This document shows, one piece after another, positions 28,240 to 37,734 of a DNA stretch of 64,000 nt. The DNA is from a virus. Position 1 is the first letter of the stretch; every line of letters starts with the position of its first letter. A program made the position numbers and the translations under genes. Location of the stretch: the IMG/VR virus record IMGVR_UViG_3300037486_000467, positions 1-64,000 of that record. One strand, written 5' to 3'. Under the pieces are notes generated by a model. The model saw nothing but the letters and a program-made list of their open reading frames with translations. It was not told the origin of the DNA and made no database searches.

Positions 28240-28827
28240 ATGCTAAACGATACTTATAAACGTTGGCACAAACCAAATAAAAATCCAGATTCTAAAATAA
28301 AACAGGGTTACTACAAAGTTCAAAATACTGATAAATATATAGGTGATCCTAATTTAGTTATTTATAGAAGTTCCTGGGAACATGCATTTTGTCGTTGGTG
28401 CGATTTCTCTCCCTCAATAATACATTGGAGTTCTGAACCTATAAAAATTCCCTATTATGATAGAGTATCAAAACTTGATGAATGTAAAAGATATGGACTT
28501 AATCCCAATGATCCCAAAAATTGGGTAATTAAAAATTATAACACTGATTTCTGGGTAGAAATACAAAAGCAAGATAATACAGTAGATCGAATGTTTATCG
28601 AAATAAAGCCTTCGAATAAATTACTAAAGCCAGTTCCGCCATCGCAAGGAGCTTCTTTAAAGGAACAAAGAAGATTTAATATAGATGCAAAAGAATATTT
28701 GATAAATGAGGCTAAATGGGCAGCAATGAATGCGTATGCTAAACAAAACAATGTAAAGTTTTATGTGTTCACAGAGAAGACATTAAGCTCACTTATAGGA
28801 CGTTTTTGGGCTCCAAATAATGAATAA
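28240..28827 (+). CDS. T4 gp4-like head completion nuclease (TnsA-like fold)
   Basis: KYIGDPNLVIYRSSWE, WSSEPIKIPY, TDFW, IEIKP, INEAKWAA, FYVFTE. Confidence 0.88.
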   Translation: MLNDTYKRWHKPNKNPDSKIKQGYYKVQNTDKYIGDPNLVIYRSSWEHAFCRWCDFSPSIIHWSSEPIKIPYYDRVSKLDECKRYGLNPNDPKNWVIKNYNTDFWVEIQKQDNTVDRMFIEIKPSNKLLKPVPPSQGASLKEQRRFNIDAKEYLINEAKWAAMNAYAKQNNVKFYVFTEKTLSSLIGRFWAPNNE

Positions 28828-28837
28828 TATATAATAC

Positions 28838-29545
28838 ATGGAGTCTCCTATTATCATATATAATAAATTAAAAGATATAGATAACATTAAAGATGTTGCG
28901 TACACACGCTTATTTGAAAATTATCTTGAACTTGAATTAAAGGGTCCTGATAAATTAATAGAGATTGATTCAACAGATCAAGAATCTGTCTTAAATAAGC
29001 TTAAAAGAGGGCGTCCAGTTCATGGAATGTTATATACATTTATTCATTTAAATGATACAAATTTATTAGAATTACAAAATTACAAAACAGGAAAAAATGT
29101 TGAATTTCATGATTTTACTCCTATAGTTTTTTGCATGTCTTATAATAATGATAAACATTTATTGAAGGGCCTGAATCTTATCATGTTACCACATAAAGAG
29201 CGAGTAAAGTTTTTTCAAGCATATTGGGAAATGTACAGAAAATTTCTGAATAGAGTTGAAGAATTAACTGAATATAATAAATCTGCGATTAATATAGAAT
29301 ATCAAATTGCAGCATTATCAGGAAAGAACTCTGAAATAATAAAGATGTTTAATAACAAACAGAAGGCTATGTTTAATTTTGCTTATAGATCTTATGAAAT
29401 GAAAAATCTTCGTAAATTTAGAATGCTTGAGTATGAAGAATGGCAATATGTTCCATTCTTTGATGCGCAAACTTCTTTTAAGAAGATTAATTTAGTTAAT
29501 ATGTATCAAACATATTATGAAAATAGAAATAGTTATTTAAAATAG
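28838..29545 (+). CDS. T4 gp2-like DNA end protector
   Basis: GMLYTFI, DFTPIVF, KGLNLIMLP..R, YRSY, EEW; synteny with gp4. Confidence 0.65.
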   Translation: MESPIIIYNKLKDIDNIKDVAYTRLFENYLELELKGPDKLIEIDSTDQESVLNKLKRGRPVHGMLYTFIHLNDTNLLELQNYKTGKNVEFHDFTPIVFCMSYNNDKHLLKGLNLIMLPHKERVKFFQAYWEMYRKFLNRVEELTEYNKSAINIEYQIAALSGKNSEIIKMFNNKQKAMFNFAYRSYEMKNLRKFRMLEYEEWQYVPFFDAQTSFKKINLVNMYQTYYENRNSYLK

Positions 29546-30256
29546 TTCTATATTATTAATACACTTTTTAGCATCTATAAAATCTATAATTTGTGAATTT
29601 TCGCAGTCTCGTTTGAATTTGCGAGTAGTTATTTCTACATTTATATGTTCTAAATCTTTATAATCGAATTGAGGAAATGGATGTAAATGAGTGTTATATA
29701 CAGGACCACAATATGCTCGTCCTTTATTAATGTTAAAGTTAAACCGTCTGCCATCCTTTATATAAACAATAAAACCTATATTTAACTTCTCTAATTCTTT
29801 ATAGGTTGTATCAGCGGGTATTTTATTATATTCTATTAATAAATTTAACGCTTTTTCTTTATGCATTGTGTGTCCAGACTCTTGTCTATTTTTACATATT
29901 CTAACTGATTTTTCTTTAAATCTTTGTAAAGAATTTGTTGTGGCTTCTCTAAATTGTTCAATAGCTTTTTCTGGATTTTTATCAAATAGAAACCATTCAT
30001 TATATCTTACTGAATTTTTTTGTCTAGGTATTCTCATACTAGCTAAAGAATCAAAAATCTGATGATCTGTCATTTTATCAGAAATTTCAACTGTACAGCT
30101 ATATTCTCCTATTTCCCAAGTTCCTCTAGATAAAGTAGCTAAATTTTTTTTTAAATTTTCAGTGTTTCCTACTTTATACATACCTATTCTTGCATCTGAA
30201 GGCGTGGTATAAAGATAAGCAAATCTCTGTTTTTCTGTTTTGTTATCTGTTTCCAT
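29537..30256 (-). CDS. T5orf172/GIY-YIG-like domain protein (possible homing-endonuclease derivative)
   Basis: AYLY...MYKVGNT...DHQIFDSL...R...NEWF; lone reverse-strand gene in the head operon. Confidence 0.6.
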   Translation of the reverse strand: METDNKTEKQRFAYLYTTPSDARIGMYKVGNTENLKKNLATLSRGTWEIGEYSCTVEISDKMTDHQIFDSLASMRIPRQKNSVRYNEWFLFDKNPEKAIEQFREATTNSLQRFKEKSVRICKNRQESGHTMHKEKALNLLIEYNKIPADTTYKELEKLNIGFIVYIKDGRRFNFNINKGRAYCGPVYNTHLHPFPQFDYKDLEHINVEITTRKFKRDCENSQIIDFIDAKKCINNIELF

Positions 30257-30416
30257 TGAAATATTTTTTAGTTATATTTTATAATTTCCCAAACAAATAT
30301 TGTTTTAACGTAAAAACAATATTAACAGAAATTTAACAGAAATGGTATAAAAGACCGATATATAATAAAACTATTTAGAACTTTAAATATATAAAATAAA
30401 TAAAAGTTAATAAAAA

Positions 30417-32210
30417 ATGGCCGGCTTCGGACTAAGAAACCTCGATAAAAGATCAGCATCTTTTTTAGATAATATACAACGTAACATACGTTATCTCAGC
30501 ATCCTTGGGATGAAATGGGATGAAAAAGTAATAAAACAATCTCGTGCCATAGGTATTAGTGAAATGACTGAAGACTCTATGTATAGTCTTTATGGTCAAC
30601 ATCAACTATATTCAGGCGCAGATATTAATCAAAAAGAATTTATTGCATTCTTTGATAAAGAATATCCTACAAGAAGAGATTTCTTGAGAAGATTTGCAAT
30701 GAATGGAGAAATTGAACATGTTATAGAAGTTATAGCAGATGAAACTATCATTCAAGATGATGCTAATTTCTTTGCTTATCCCAATACTAAGAAATTAAAA
30801 TCTGTTCTTAAAGCTGAAAAAGCAAAAGAAATTGTAGATGATCTTAATGAATCATTCAAAAAGGTTTATTATGCCTTTGGCTTTAATAGTGGCCATGATG
30901 GATGGCATTATGCTAAAAAATTCTTAATTGATGGTTTCCTTTCTTTTGAAATTATTTATGACGGTGAAGGTTCAGATCCAGCTAAACATATATTAGGATT
31001 TAAAGAACTTGATCCAGTTACTCTTGAGCCTGAAATGAGAAAAGACGAAGAAGGAAATGAGTATAGAATGTGGATACAATTTAGGGGAGATTCAGAAAAA
31101 CAAAGAGAATTAGTTGACGGAAATATAATTTATATCTCTTGGGCAAGAGGAAATTTTATATCTCGTCTATCATATGTTGAAAGACTTGTTAGAGCATTCA
31201 ACATGCTTAGAACAATGGAGAATTCACGTATTATTTGGAATGTTATGAATTCTCAACAACGTATGAAAATAGTTGTTCCTATTGGAACTCAATCAGAGGT
31301 TAAAGCAAGAACTCGTCTTTCAGAACTTCGAGCTATGTATAAAGAAGATGTTACAATTGATTATCAAAGTGGAGAAGTTACAATAAATGGTACGCCAAAT
31401 TTCTCTTTCGCTAAACAGTATATTTTTCCTGTAAAAGATGGCCAACAAGTTGATGTAAATTCATTTGCTCCAGCAGGTTGGGATTTGTCAGGAACAATGG
31501 CTCTCGATTATTTTTGGAAAAGATTTATTATTGAAACAAAAGTTCCTAAAGATAGATTTACAACAACAGGAGAAGAAGGCGGTCAGGGCAGCAATTGGTC
31601 TAGTGGTGGTGAAGGTATTGCTAGAGAAGAAATTAGGTTTGCTTATTTTATTAATCGTATTCGTTCTATTCTTCAAGAAATATTGTTAAAGCCTACATGG
31701 ATACAATTTTGTTTAAAACATCCTGAATTTGCACAAGATAAAGCATTACGAGGCGCTATAGGTCTTGAATTTGTTGAAGAAAACTTATTTACAGAAGCCA
31801 AAAAACGTGATATAGCAGAAAAGGGTGCTGCAATAGTTACTACACTTATGGGCATAAATCAACCCGAAGTTGATAATGAAGGTGTAGTAAATAATGACGG
31901 AATGTACTTTGATCCTAAATTCTTAGTTGAAAAGTATATGGATTATACTGATGAAGATCTTAAACTTAATGAAAAATATAAGAGAGAAAGAAGAGAACAA
32001 TTAACTCGTATTGCAGATAGCATCAAGCGTATCAATGCAATTAAAGGCACAGGAGAAGAAGGAGAAGCTGGCGCAGGTGGTGACATGACTGGCTTAGGAG
32101 GAATGGAAATGGGCGGTGGCGAAATAGCCGGAGGAGCTCCAACAGAACCTGGCGCAGAAGGCGAAACCGGTGAAGAAGAAGCGGGCGGCACAACTGAATT
32201 AGGAGTTTAA
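30417..32210 (+). CDS. T4 gp20-like portal protein
   Basis: EIEHVIEVIADE, KKFLIDG, ELDP, SYVERLVRAFNMLRTMENSRIIW, TKVPKDR, IAREEIRFAYFINRIR. Confidence 0.9.
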   Translation: MAGFGLRNLDKRSASFLDNIQRNIRYLSILGMKWDEKVIKQSRAIGISEMTEDSMYSLYGQHQLYSGADINQKEFIAFFDKEYPTRRDFLRRFAMNGEIEHVIEVIADETIIQDDANFFAYPNTKKLKSVLKAEKAKEIVDDLNESFKKVYYAFGFNSGHDGWHYAKKFLIDGFLSFEIIYDGEGSDPAKHILGFKELDPVTLEPEMRKDEEGNEYRMWIQFRGDSEKQRELVDGNIIYISWARGNFISRLSYVERLVRAFNMLRTMENSRIIWNVMNSQQRMKIVVPIGTQSEVKARTRLSELRAMYKEDVTIDYQSGEVTINGTPNFSFAKQYIFPVKDGQQVDVNSFAPAGWDLSGTMALDYFWKRFIIETKVPKDRFTTTGEEGGQGSNWSSGGEGIAREEIRFAYFINRIRSILQEILLKPTWIQFCLKHPEFAQDKALRGAIGLEFVEENLFTEAKKRDIAEKGAAIVTTLMGINQPEVDNEGVVNNDGMYFDPKFLVEKYMDYTDEDLKLNEKYKRERREQLTRIADSIKRINAIKGTGEEGEAGAGGDMTGLGGMEMGGGEIAGGAPTEPGAEGETGEEEAGGTTELGV

Positions 32211-32253
32211 TTTAAATAAATTAATAAATAATATAACTTAAAAAATTAAAATT

Positions 32254-32613
32254 ATGAACACAACTTTGATTTCTATTATTGGCAGCCTCGTTGTAATTTG
32301 CATTGTAGTATGGATAATTGCATACAGAAATAAGAAAAAAAGAAGAGAAGAATCAGAACGCGAAGATGCCGCACGTCTTGAAAATAGACTTAATGAAATA
32401 ATTAAACAGGAACGTGAAGAGCAAGAATTTGCTGAAAGAGAACGTAAAGAACAAAAGCGTATTGAAGAAGAACATCGTGCAAAGCTTGAGCAAGAACTTA
32501 AAGAAAGCGCTGAAGCAGAAAGTAAAAAGGCTACTGAAGTTAAATTAGCTCCAGTAAAAAAAGCAAAGAGTGGGAAAAAGCCAGTAAAGAAAACTGTTAA
32601 AAAAAACAATTAA
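32254..32613 (+). CDS. Membrane-anchored charged coiled-coil protein with Lys-rich tail
   Basis: N-terminal TM helix, E/R/K helix, basic C-terminus. Confidence 0.65.
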   Translation: MNTTLISIIGSLVVICIVVWIIAYRNKKKRREESEREDAARLENRLNEIIKQEREEQEFAERERKEQKRIEEEHRAKLEQELKESAEAESKKATEVKLAPVKKAKSGKKPVKKTVKKNN

Positions 32614-32629
32614 AAATAAATAAATAATT

Positions 32630-32887
32630 ATGAAAGAATTTTTTAAAAAACTTTGGGAAAAAGTAAAAGCATGGGCAACTCTAACTGCTTGGCCTTGGCT
32701 TAAGAAGAGTTGGATGCAAATAGTGAATATTGTTGTAGTTGCAATTGCATGGGATAAATTAAGTGATCTGGGAACAGCTCCAGGTGTAGAAACTATAACA
32801 GGATTATGGTTATTTCTCCTTCTTGCTTATTATATTTTCTGGAAACTTTTAGGAGCAGAAAAATTATTCAAAAAGAAGGAAGTTTAA
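32630..32887 (+). CDS. Small 2-TM membrane protein
   Basis: Two hydrophobic segments, basic termini. Confidence 0.65.
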   Translation: MKEFFKKLWEKVKAWATLTAWPWLKKSWMQIVNIVVVAIAWDKLSDLGTAPGVETITGLWLFLLLAYYIFWKLLGAEKLFKKKEV

Positions 32888-32957
32888 CATTAGATTAACA
32901 AATATATAATATCAAATTATGTAATTTATATTATATTGTTATATAGTTCTTTAAAAT

Positions 32958-33200
32958 ATTGAGAAATGCTCTACGGAGCTAGTTATAGAGTAGGTATGCA
33001 ACACCGCGGTTCGACCCCGCGCACCTCCACAAAAGTTTGTAGCGAAATCTCGGTCTCTTTTCAAAAAGCCGAACTTCAATAGGGGGTGACCTGGCTTTGA
33101 CTGCATATTGAGGGTGTTAATGAACGTCTCAACACGTCAAATAAACGACGCAAACATTTATGAAATGCAAATGGCTGCTTAAGAAGCACTCATTTACAGG
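32958..33200 (+). ncRNA. ssrA: Circularly permuted (two-piece) tmRNA gene
   Basis: T-arm CGCGG-TTCGACC-CCGCG (33005-33021) and 3' acceptor strand CACCTCC-A (33022-33029) lie upstream of the 5' strand GGGGGTG-ACCTGGCTTTGAC (from 33082); 7-bp acceptor stem with G3-U70; GGTATGCA pairs with TGCATATT; tag frame after ATAAAC reads DANIYEMQMAA* (33147-33182). Outer boundaries approximate. Confidence 0.9.
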
Positions 33201-33206
33201 AAACTG

Positions 33207-33235
33207 GCCGGTCGCCTAAGGTACCGGCTTTTTTT
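33207..33235 (+). terminator. Intrinsic terminator after tmRNA
   Basis: GCCGGT-N10-ACCGGC followed by T7. Confidence 0.85.
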
Positions 33236-33284
33236 ATCTTTCGTTATTAGCAACGGGGATATATAAATAAAATCATACAATTAA

Positions 33285-34751
33285 ATGCAAGCCAAATTAG
33301 TGCATGAAGATTTAAATGAAAAATTTACTGATGAATCTGATCCTATAAAAGATTTAGGAATAGGAGAAGGCACTCTTCATAATTTAAAACGGGGTGATAT
33401 AATAAAAGTAAAATATAATTGTAGTATTGATAAAAATAAAAGATTGGTATTTTCATTTAAGTTGGCTACATATTTTAAACCTACAATGGATTGGATATAT
33501 AAAGGCTTATATTTAATAGTAGATAAAGTAGAATATAAAGATGATAAAGTTTTTATTATAGGTTTTAACGGTAGTAATAATTTAGTTGTAGCTAAAGATC
33601 GAAAACGTGTACTTTTTATTGAATATCCTGATTTTCAACCGCCTATTCCTAAAGGAGATTTTTGGGTTTTTGAAAAAAATATTGACAAAATGTTAGAATT
33701 TGTTAAAGATAATAAAATAAAAGAATCTTTAAATGAAAAATTCCAAGATATCTCGGATCCCATTAAAGATATGGGAATTGGATATCCCCAATGTCTTGTA
33801 GGAACAAAAATATACATACCATTTGGTTATGAATTAAGTGTATATAATAAACTATATAAAAGATCTAACTCTGAAAATGAAAATGGAAAGATTTGGACAA
33901 TTAACTCTGCTATTAGAGAAGGCGAATTTATTAAAGTTACGTTAAATAATTTTACTGTATTTTTAACCGAAAAACAACTTAAGTTATTTTCAAAAAAATA
34001 TCAAAATTTAATAAAGGAAGATTTAAATGAAAAATTTACAGAAGAATCTGATCCAATCCACGATTTAGGCATAGGGTATTTTGAAATTGTTAAAAAACCT
34101 CGTAATGTATTTTATTTCATTGAAAGAGGCCCAAATTATGTTGAAGGTGGAAAGCCAACTACATACGTGTATTCTATGGATAAAGGAAACGTTTACAGAA
34201 CACACCCTAATTTATATGCTCACCAAGAATTAAGATCAAATTCTAACGCCTTTAATAAAGGAAATACTGATAAAATGGCTATTCCAAATGATTTTAATAA
34301 AGCATATGCATTCATAATGGATCATTATATTAAGAAGAGAAAAAGAGCTAGATTAAGAGAATCTTTAAATGAAAAATTTACAGAAACATCTGATGCAATT
34401 GTAGATATGGGTATAGGATTTAATCCTCAAAAAACCAAAACTAAATCATTTAAGATACTATTATTCATTAATTCAAGAGGAGAAGATGGCGCATCTTTAT
34501 TAGAAATACAGCATTTTATTTATGTAGAATTAAACGGAGGTTCTGAACAACAATTTTGGGAAACTAAAGAAGACAGGTATTGGCCCGGTAAGAAACGAAT
34601 AACTCGAGGATATTGGTGTACAAATTTATTAGGATCACATAGATGGCCGGGATTACTTCATAAATATTGCAAAAAGAATGAAAAGGGTAAATGGGTTATT
34701 AAAAGGTGGCCTAAGTTTGAAGAAAATCTTTATGATTTCGACAAAAAATAA
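33285..34751 (+). CDS. Tagged 4-module polyprotein outside the main array
   Basis: Four E(S/D)LNEKF.....D.I.D.GIG copies; late-promoter motif upstream. Confidence 0.88.
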   Translation: MQAKLVHEDLNEKFTDESDPIKDLGIGEGTLHNLKRGDIIKVKYNCSIDKNKRLVFSFKLATYFKPTMDWIYKGLYLIVDKVEYKDDKVFIIGFNGSNNLVVAKDRKRVLFIEYPDFQPPIPKGDFWVFEKNIDKMLEFVKDNKIKESLNEKFQDISDPIKDMGIGYPQCLVGTKIYIPFGYELSVYNKLYKRSNSENENGKIWTINSAIREGEFIKVTLNNFTVFLTEKQLKLFSKKYQNLIKEDLNEKFTEESDPIHDLGIGYFEIVKKPRNVFYFIERGPNYVEGGKPTTYVYSMDKGNVYRTHPNLYAHQELRSNSNAFNKGNTDKMAIPNDFNKAYAFIMDHYIKKRKRARLRESLNEKFTETSDAIVDMGIGFNPQKTKTKSFKILLFINSRGEDGASLLEIQHFIYVELNGGSEQQFWETKEDRYWPGKKRITRGYWCTNLLGSHRWPGLLHKYCKKNEKGKWVIKRWPKFEENLYDFDKK

Positions 34752-34786
34752 ATAAATATATAGAATATATAAAATAAAGTATAATT

Positions 34787-35362
34787 ATGAAAGCAGGACA
34801 ATTTAACATCAATGATTACTTAGAAAAACTCTACGAAGCATCAGGAGATGGACAACTTCCAGATCCAGAAGGTATGATAATTCCTGAAGAAAATCAAAAA
34901 GCATATCAATGGTTGAAGAAAGAATATCAAAAAGCGCAAACTGAGGTTAAAGTTGAAATTAATATGGGTGGTGCTAAATTTGAACCTGGATATGATCTTC
35001 AAACAGATCTTGATTCAGTTAAAGATTTCAAACCAGGCATGTTTGGAGAAGTAAAAACAGCTGATAACGAAGGCGAACCCAAAAAACCTGCAAATCTTGA
35101 TACTAAAAAAGAAGTTCCAAACTTTGCGAAAGGCGAAGGAGAAAAAAAGGAAGAAAAAACTGGTGAAAAACCAAATTTTTCGAAAACCAAAGCAGCTTCA
35201 GGTGATATAAAAGATAAAGAACACGAAGCCGGAGAATCTAAAGAAAAAGAAGAAAAGGAAGAACACGAAGCCGGAGAATCTGAAGAAAAGGAAGAAAAAG
35301 AAGAAAGCAAAAAAGGCGATACTGAAGTTAAAAAAATAGATCTTAAAACCAAAAAGAAATGA
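34787..35362 (+). CDS. Glu/Lys-rich hypothetical protein (possible head core protein)
   Basis: Late-promoter motif; duplicated EHEAGES(K/E)EKEEKE. Confidence 0.6.
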   Translation: MKAGQFNINDYLEKLYEASGDGQLPDPEGMIIPEENQKAYQWLKKEYQKAQTEVKVEINMGGAKFEPGYDLQTDLDSVKDFKPGMFGEVKTADNEGEPKKPANLDTKKEVPNFAKGEGEKKEEKTGEKPNFSKTKAASGDIKDKEHEAGESKEKEEKEEHEAGESEEKEEKEESKKGDTEVKKIDLKTKKK

Positions 35363-35640
35363 CAATAAAAAATAATTCTTTGGGCGATATATTAAATACA
35401 GCTAAAAATAAACAAACTACTCCCGAAGAAGAAAAAAATGAACCAGAAAAAGGAGATCCAACTTTAGATTTCCTTAATTCTATTATAGTTCTTGCAGTAT
35501 TTTTAATAAAATCTTTTGTATTTGGATATGCTTTAAAAATACTTCTTCATAACGATTGGAAATTTTTTGGCATAATATGCATGGGCCTTGCCATTAATTT
35601 TTTATTCCAATATTTTTACGGCATAATTCATAAAAATTAA
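35359..35640 (+). CDS. Small 2-TM membrane protein
   Basis: Two hydrophobic helices; ATGA overlap. Confidence 0.6.
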   Translation: MTIKNNSLGDILNTAKNKQTTPEEEKNEPEKGDPTLDFLNSIIVLAVFLIKSFVFGYALKILLHNDWKFFGIICMGLAINFLFQYFYGIIHKN

Positions 35641-35686
35641 AACAAATTTCATACTATATAATAAAAACATATTAAAAACTAAAAAT

Positions 35687-36361
35687 ATGGGAAAATTAAT
35701 ATGCCTCTCGGGCTTAGACGCAAGTGGTAAAAGCACTCAAATAGATCTAATAAAAAAATATTTTGAAGAAAATAATATAAAATATACATATCTACATTTT
35801 CCTATATACGAAGATAATGAAGCTGGCAAAATAATTTCATCTTATCTTCGTGGAGAATACGGAGATATTAACGAAGTAGATCCTATTTTTGTTGCAAATA
35901 TATATGCAATGAATAGATATTTATATCTTCCAGAATTAAATAAACAACTTTTAGATAATGATGTAGTTTTATTAGATCGTTATGTATTTTGTAATATGGC
36001 TTATCAGGGCGCAAAATATGATACAGACGCGCAATCTCAAATAATGAGAGACTGGATAAATGAATTTGAATTTGGATTTCTAGAACTTCCATATCCAGAT
36101 TTAAATATATTTATTGATACACCATTAGATTTAATAGAAAGTAGACTTTCAGATAAAAGAGAAGGAAAAGATAGAAGATATTTAAATGGAAGATCTGATA
36201 TTCACGAAATGAACATAGAATTTCAAAAGAAAGTAAGAGAAAATTATTTGTGGTTAAATACTTATGAAAATTATTTAATTGTTTCTCCTGAAAAATTAAC
36301 GCCAGAAGAAATATTTAAAAAATATGAAAAAGATTTATTTAGAGCATTGTTAATAAAATAA
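35687..36361 (+). CDS. tmk: Thymidylate (dTMP) kinase
   Basis: P-loop SGLDASGKST, HFP, LLDRY, AYQG, LPYPDL, DIHE. Confidence 0.92.
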   Translation: MGKLICLSGLDASGKSTQIDLIKKYFEENNIKYTYLHFPIYEDNEAGKIISSYLRGEYGDINEVDPIFVANIYAMNRYLYLPELNKQLLDNDVVLLDRYVFCNMAYQGAKYDTDAQSQIMRDWINEFEFGFLELPYPDLNIFIDTPLDLIESRLSDKREGKDRRYLNGRSDIHEMNIEFQKKVRENYLWLNTYENYLIVSPEKLTPEEIFKKYEKDLFRALLIK

Positions 36362-36364
36362 TTT

Positions 36365-36655
36365 ATGATAAATAGCGGCGGTTTTCAATATAATAAAAAA
36401 ACAAAATTAGTTAGAAAAGTATATACTGACAATATTAATACATATCCTAGTCATAAAATATTGTATACACTAACAAAATCTCATTCACCTTCAACCATTG
36501 TATTTTTAGAAGATAGAGAAGATCCGTGGCTTATTCTTGTTAAAACATATAGAACAAAAACGGGAGTAATTACTAATTCGAGCATAATTATTAAACCAGA
36601 TATTGAAACACACTTATCTTATGCACAATCAAACGGGTTTCAATTAAAAAAATAA
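36365..36655 (+). CDS. Hypothetical protein
   Basis: ORF in operon orientation. Confidence 0.55.
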   Translation: MINSGGFQYNKKTKLVRKVYTDNINTYPSHKILYTLTKSHSPSTIVFLEDREDPWLILVKTYRTKTGVITNSSIIIKPDIETHLSYAQSNGFQLKK

Positions 36656-36783
36656 CAGCAATTTAATTTTATTAAAAATAATTAACACCAAACCGTATTA
36701 TATTGGATATATACAAAAACTTTTTTAAAAATTATATATATAAAATTAAATAAAATAAAAACTTAAACTAAAATAAAAAAATT

Positions 36784-37074
36784 ATGGCAGATCAAATTCC
36801 AAACGTAGCAAAAGTAGATGCAACACAGAAAGTTGAAACAAACGCTTATGTGCCAACTTATAAAATTAAACCAGACTTTAAGAAAGCTCTTCTTCAATCA
36901 ATTGGAGATAGACCATTTAATGAAATAGCAGGTCTTATTCAAGCAATTGATGTTGAAGTGATGGATCATCAAACTCTTACACAAATTGTAAATGCTATTG
37001 GGCAATTTCCATTCGTAAGAGTAGAGCAACTTATGAAAAATATTTCAAATCTTGTTGAACAGGTAATTGAATAA
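36784..37074 (+). CDS. Hypothetical protein with internal PF.E(I/V) repeat
   Basis: IGDRPFNEIAGLI / IGQFPFVRVEQLM; A-rich leader. Confidence 0.7.
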   Translation: MADQIPNVAKVDATQKVETNAYVPTYKIKPDFKKALLQSIGDRPFNEIAGLIQAIDVEVMDHQTLTQIVNAIGQFPFVRVEQLMKNISNLVEQVIE

Positions 37075-37105
37075 TCATTTCATTTTTCTTAAACTAATTA
37101 ATTTT

Positions 37106-37732
37106 ATGAGAAAAAAAAGACACAGTATTCAAAATATAGCATTAGATTTTATAGAAAATAAAAACAATAAAACGTTTAGCGTTTTAATGAAACGTTTAAA
37201 ACCAGGACTTTTATCATTTGCATATAAATACGTTAAAGATAAAGATTTGGCAAATGAAGTTGCTTCTCAAACATTTATTATCCTTTGGGAAAAAATAGAT
37301 CAATATAACAATAAATTTAATTTTTCAACATGGGTATATGCAATAGCAAAAAATGAAGCATTAGGAATAATTAGAAATGGAAACAAAAATTTATCATTTG
37401 ATAAATTTTCAAATAATCATTCTAAGCTGCTTCAAATATATAATCCGGTATTTAATATGAATATTGAAACTATCGCGCCTATAGGAGAAGAATTAACGCA
37501 ACAATTATATGACGCATCTATTTTAGCAATAAATGAATTAGAAGAGCCTTATAAAACTGTTATGGTTGAAAGAGAAGTTAATCAAAAACATTTAACTGAT
37601 ATTGCAGATTATTTAGGATGGAATTTATCTACAGTTAAAACACGACTTCGTAAAGCAAGAAAAGATATTGCTGAAATATTATATAAAAAATATCCAAGCG
37701 AAGTAGATTCTTATTTTGGAAATGAAGAATAA
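37106..37732 (+). CDS. ECF-type sigma-70 family RNA polymerase sigma factor
   Basis: Region 2 DLANEVASQTFIILWEKIDQY...FSTWVYAIAKN; region 4 DIADYLGWNLSTVKTRLRKAR; start moved to ATG 37106. Confidence 0.9.
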   Translation: MRKKRHSIQNIALDFIENKNNKTFSVLMKRLKPGLLSFAYKYVKDKDLANEVASQTFIILWEKIDQYNNKFNFSTWVYAIAKNEALGIIRNGNKNLSFDKFSNNHSKLLQIYNPVFNMNIETIAPIGEELTQQLYDASILAINELEEPYKTVMVEREVNQKHLTDIADYLGWNLSTVKTRLRKARKDIAEILYKKYPSEVDSYFGNEE

Positions 37733-37734
37733 AG

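Noticed and set aside
28240-28827. TnsA transposase of a Tn7-like element
   Set aside because: Same fold, but the context (gp55, gp2, portal) and motifs fit the T4 gp4 head completion protein; no TnsB/C or terminal repeats
33001-33032. Stand-alone tRNA gene suggested by the GGTTCGACCCC T-loop
   Set aside because: No upstream acceptor 5' strand, D-arm or anticodon arm; the pairing strand lies downstream, which fits a permuted tmRNA
35219-35290. 42-nt tandem duplication (EHEAGES..KEEKE), and similarly the EAPA repeats near 26390-26440
   Set aside because: Ordinary low-complexity coding expansions with no sign of a separate function
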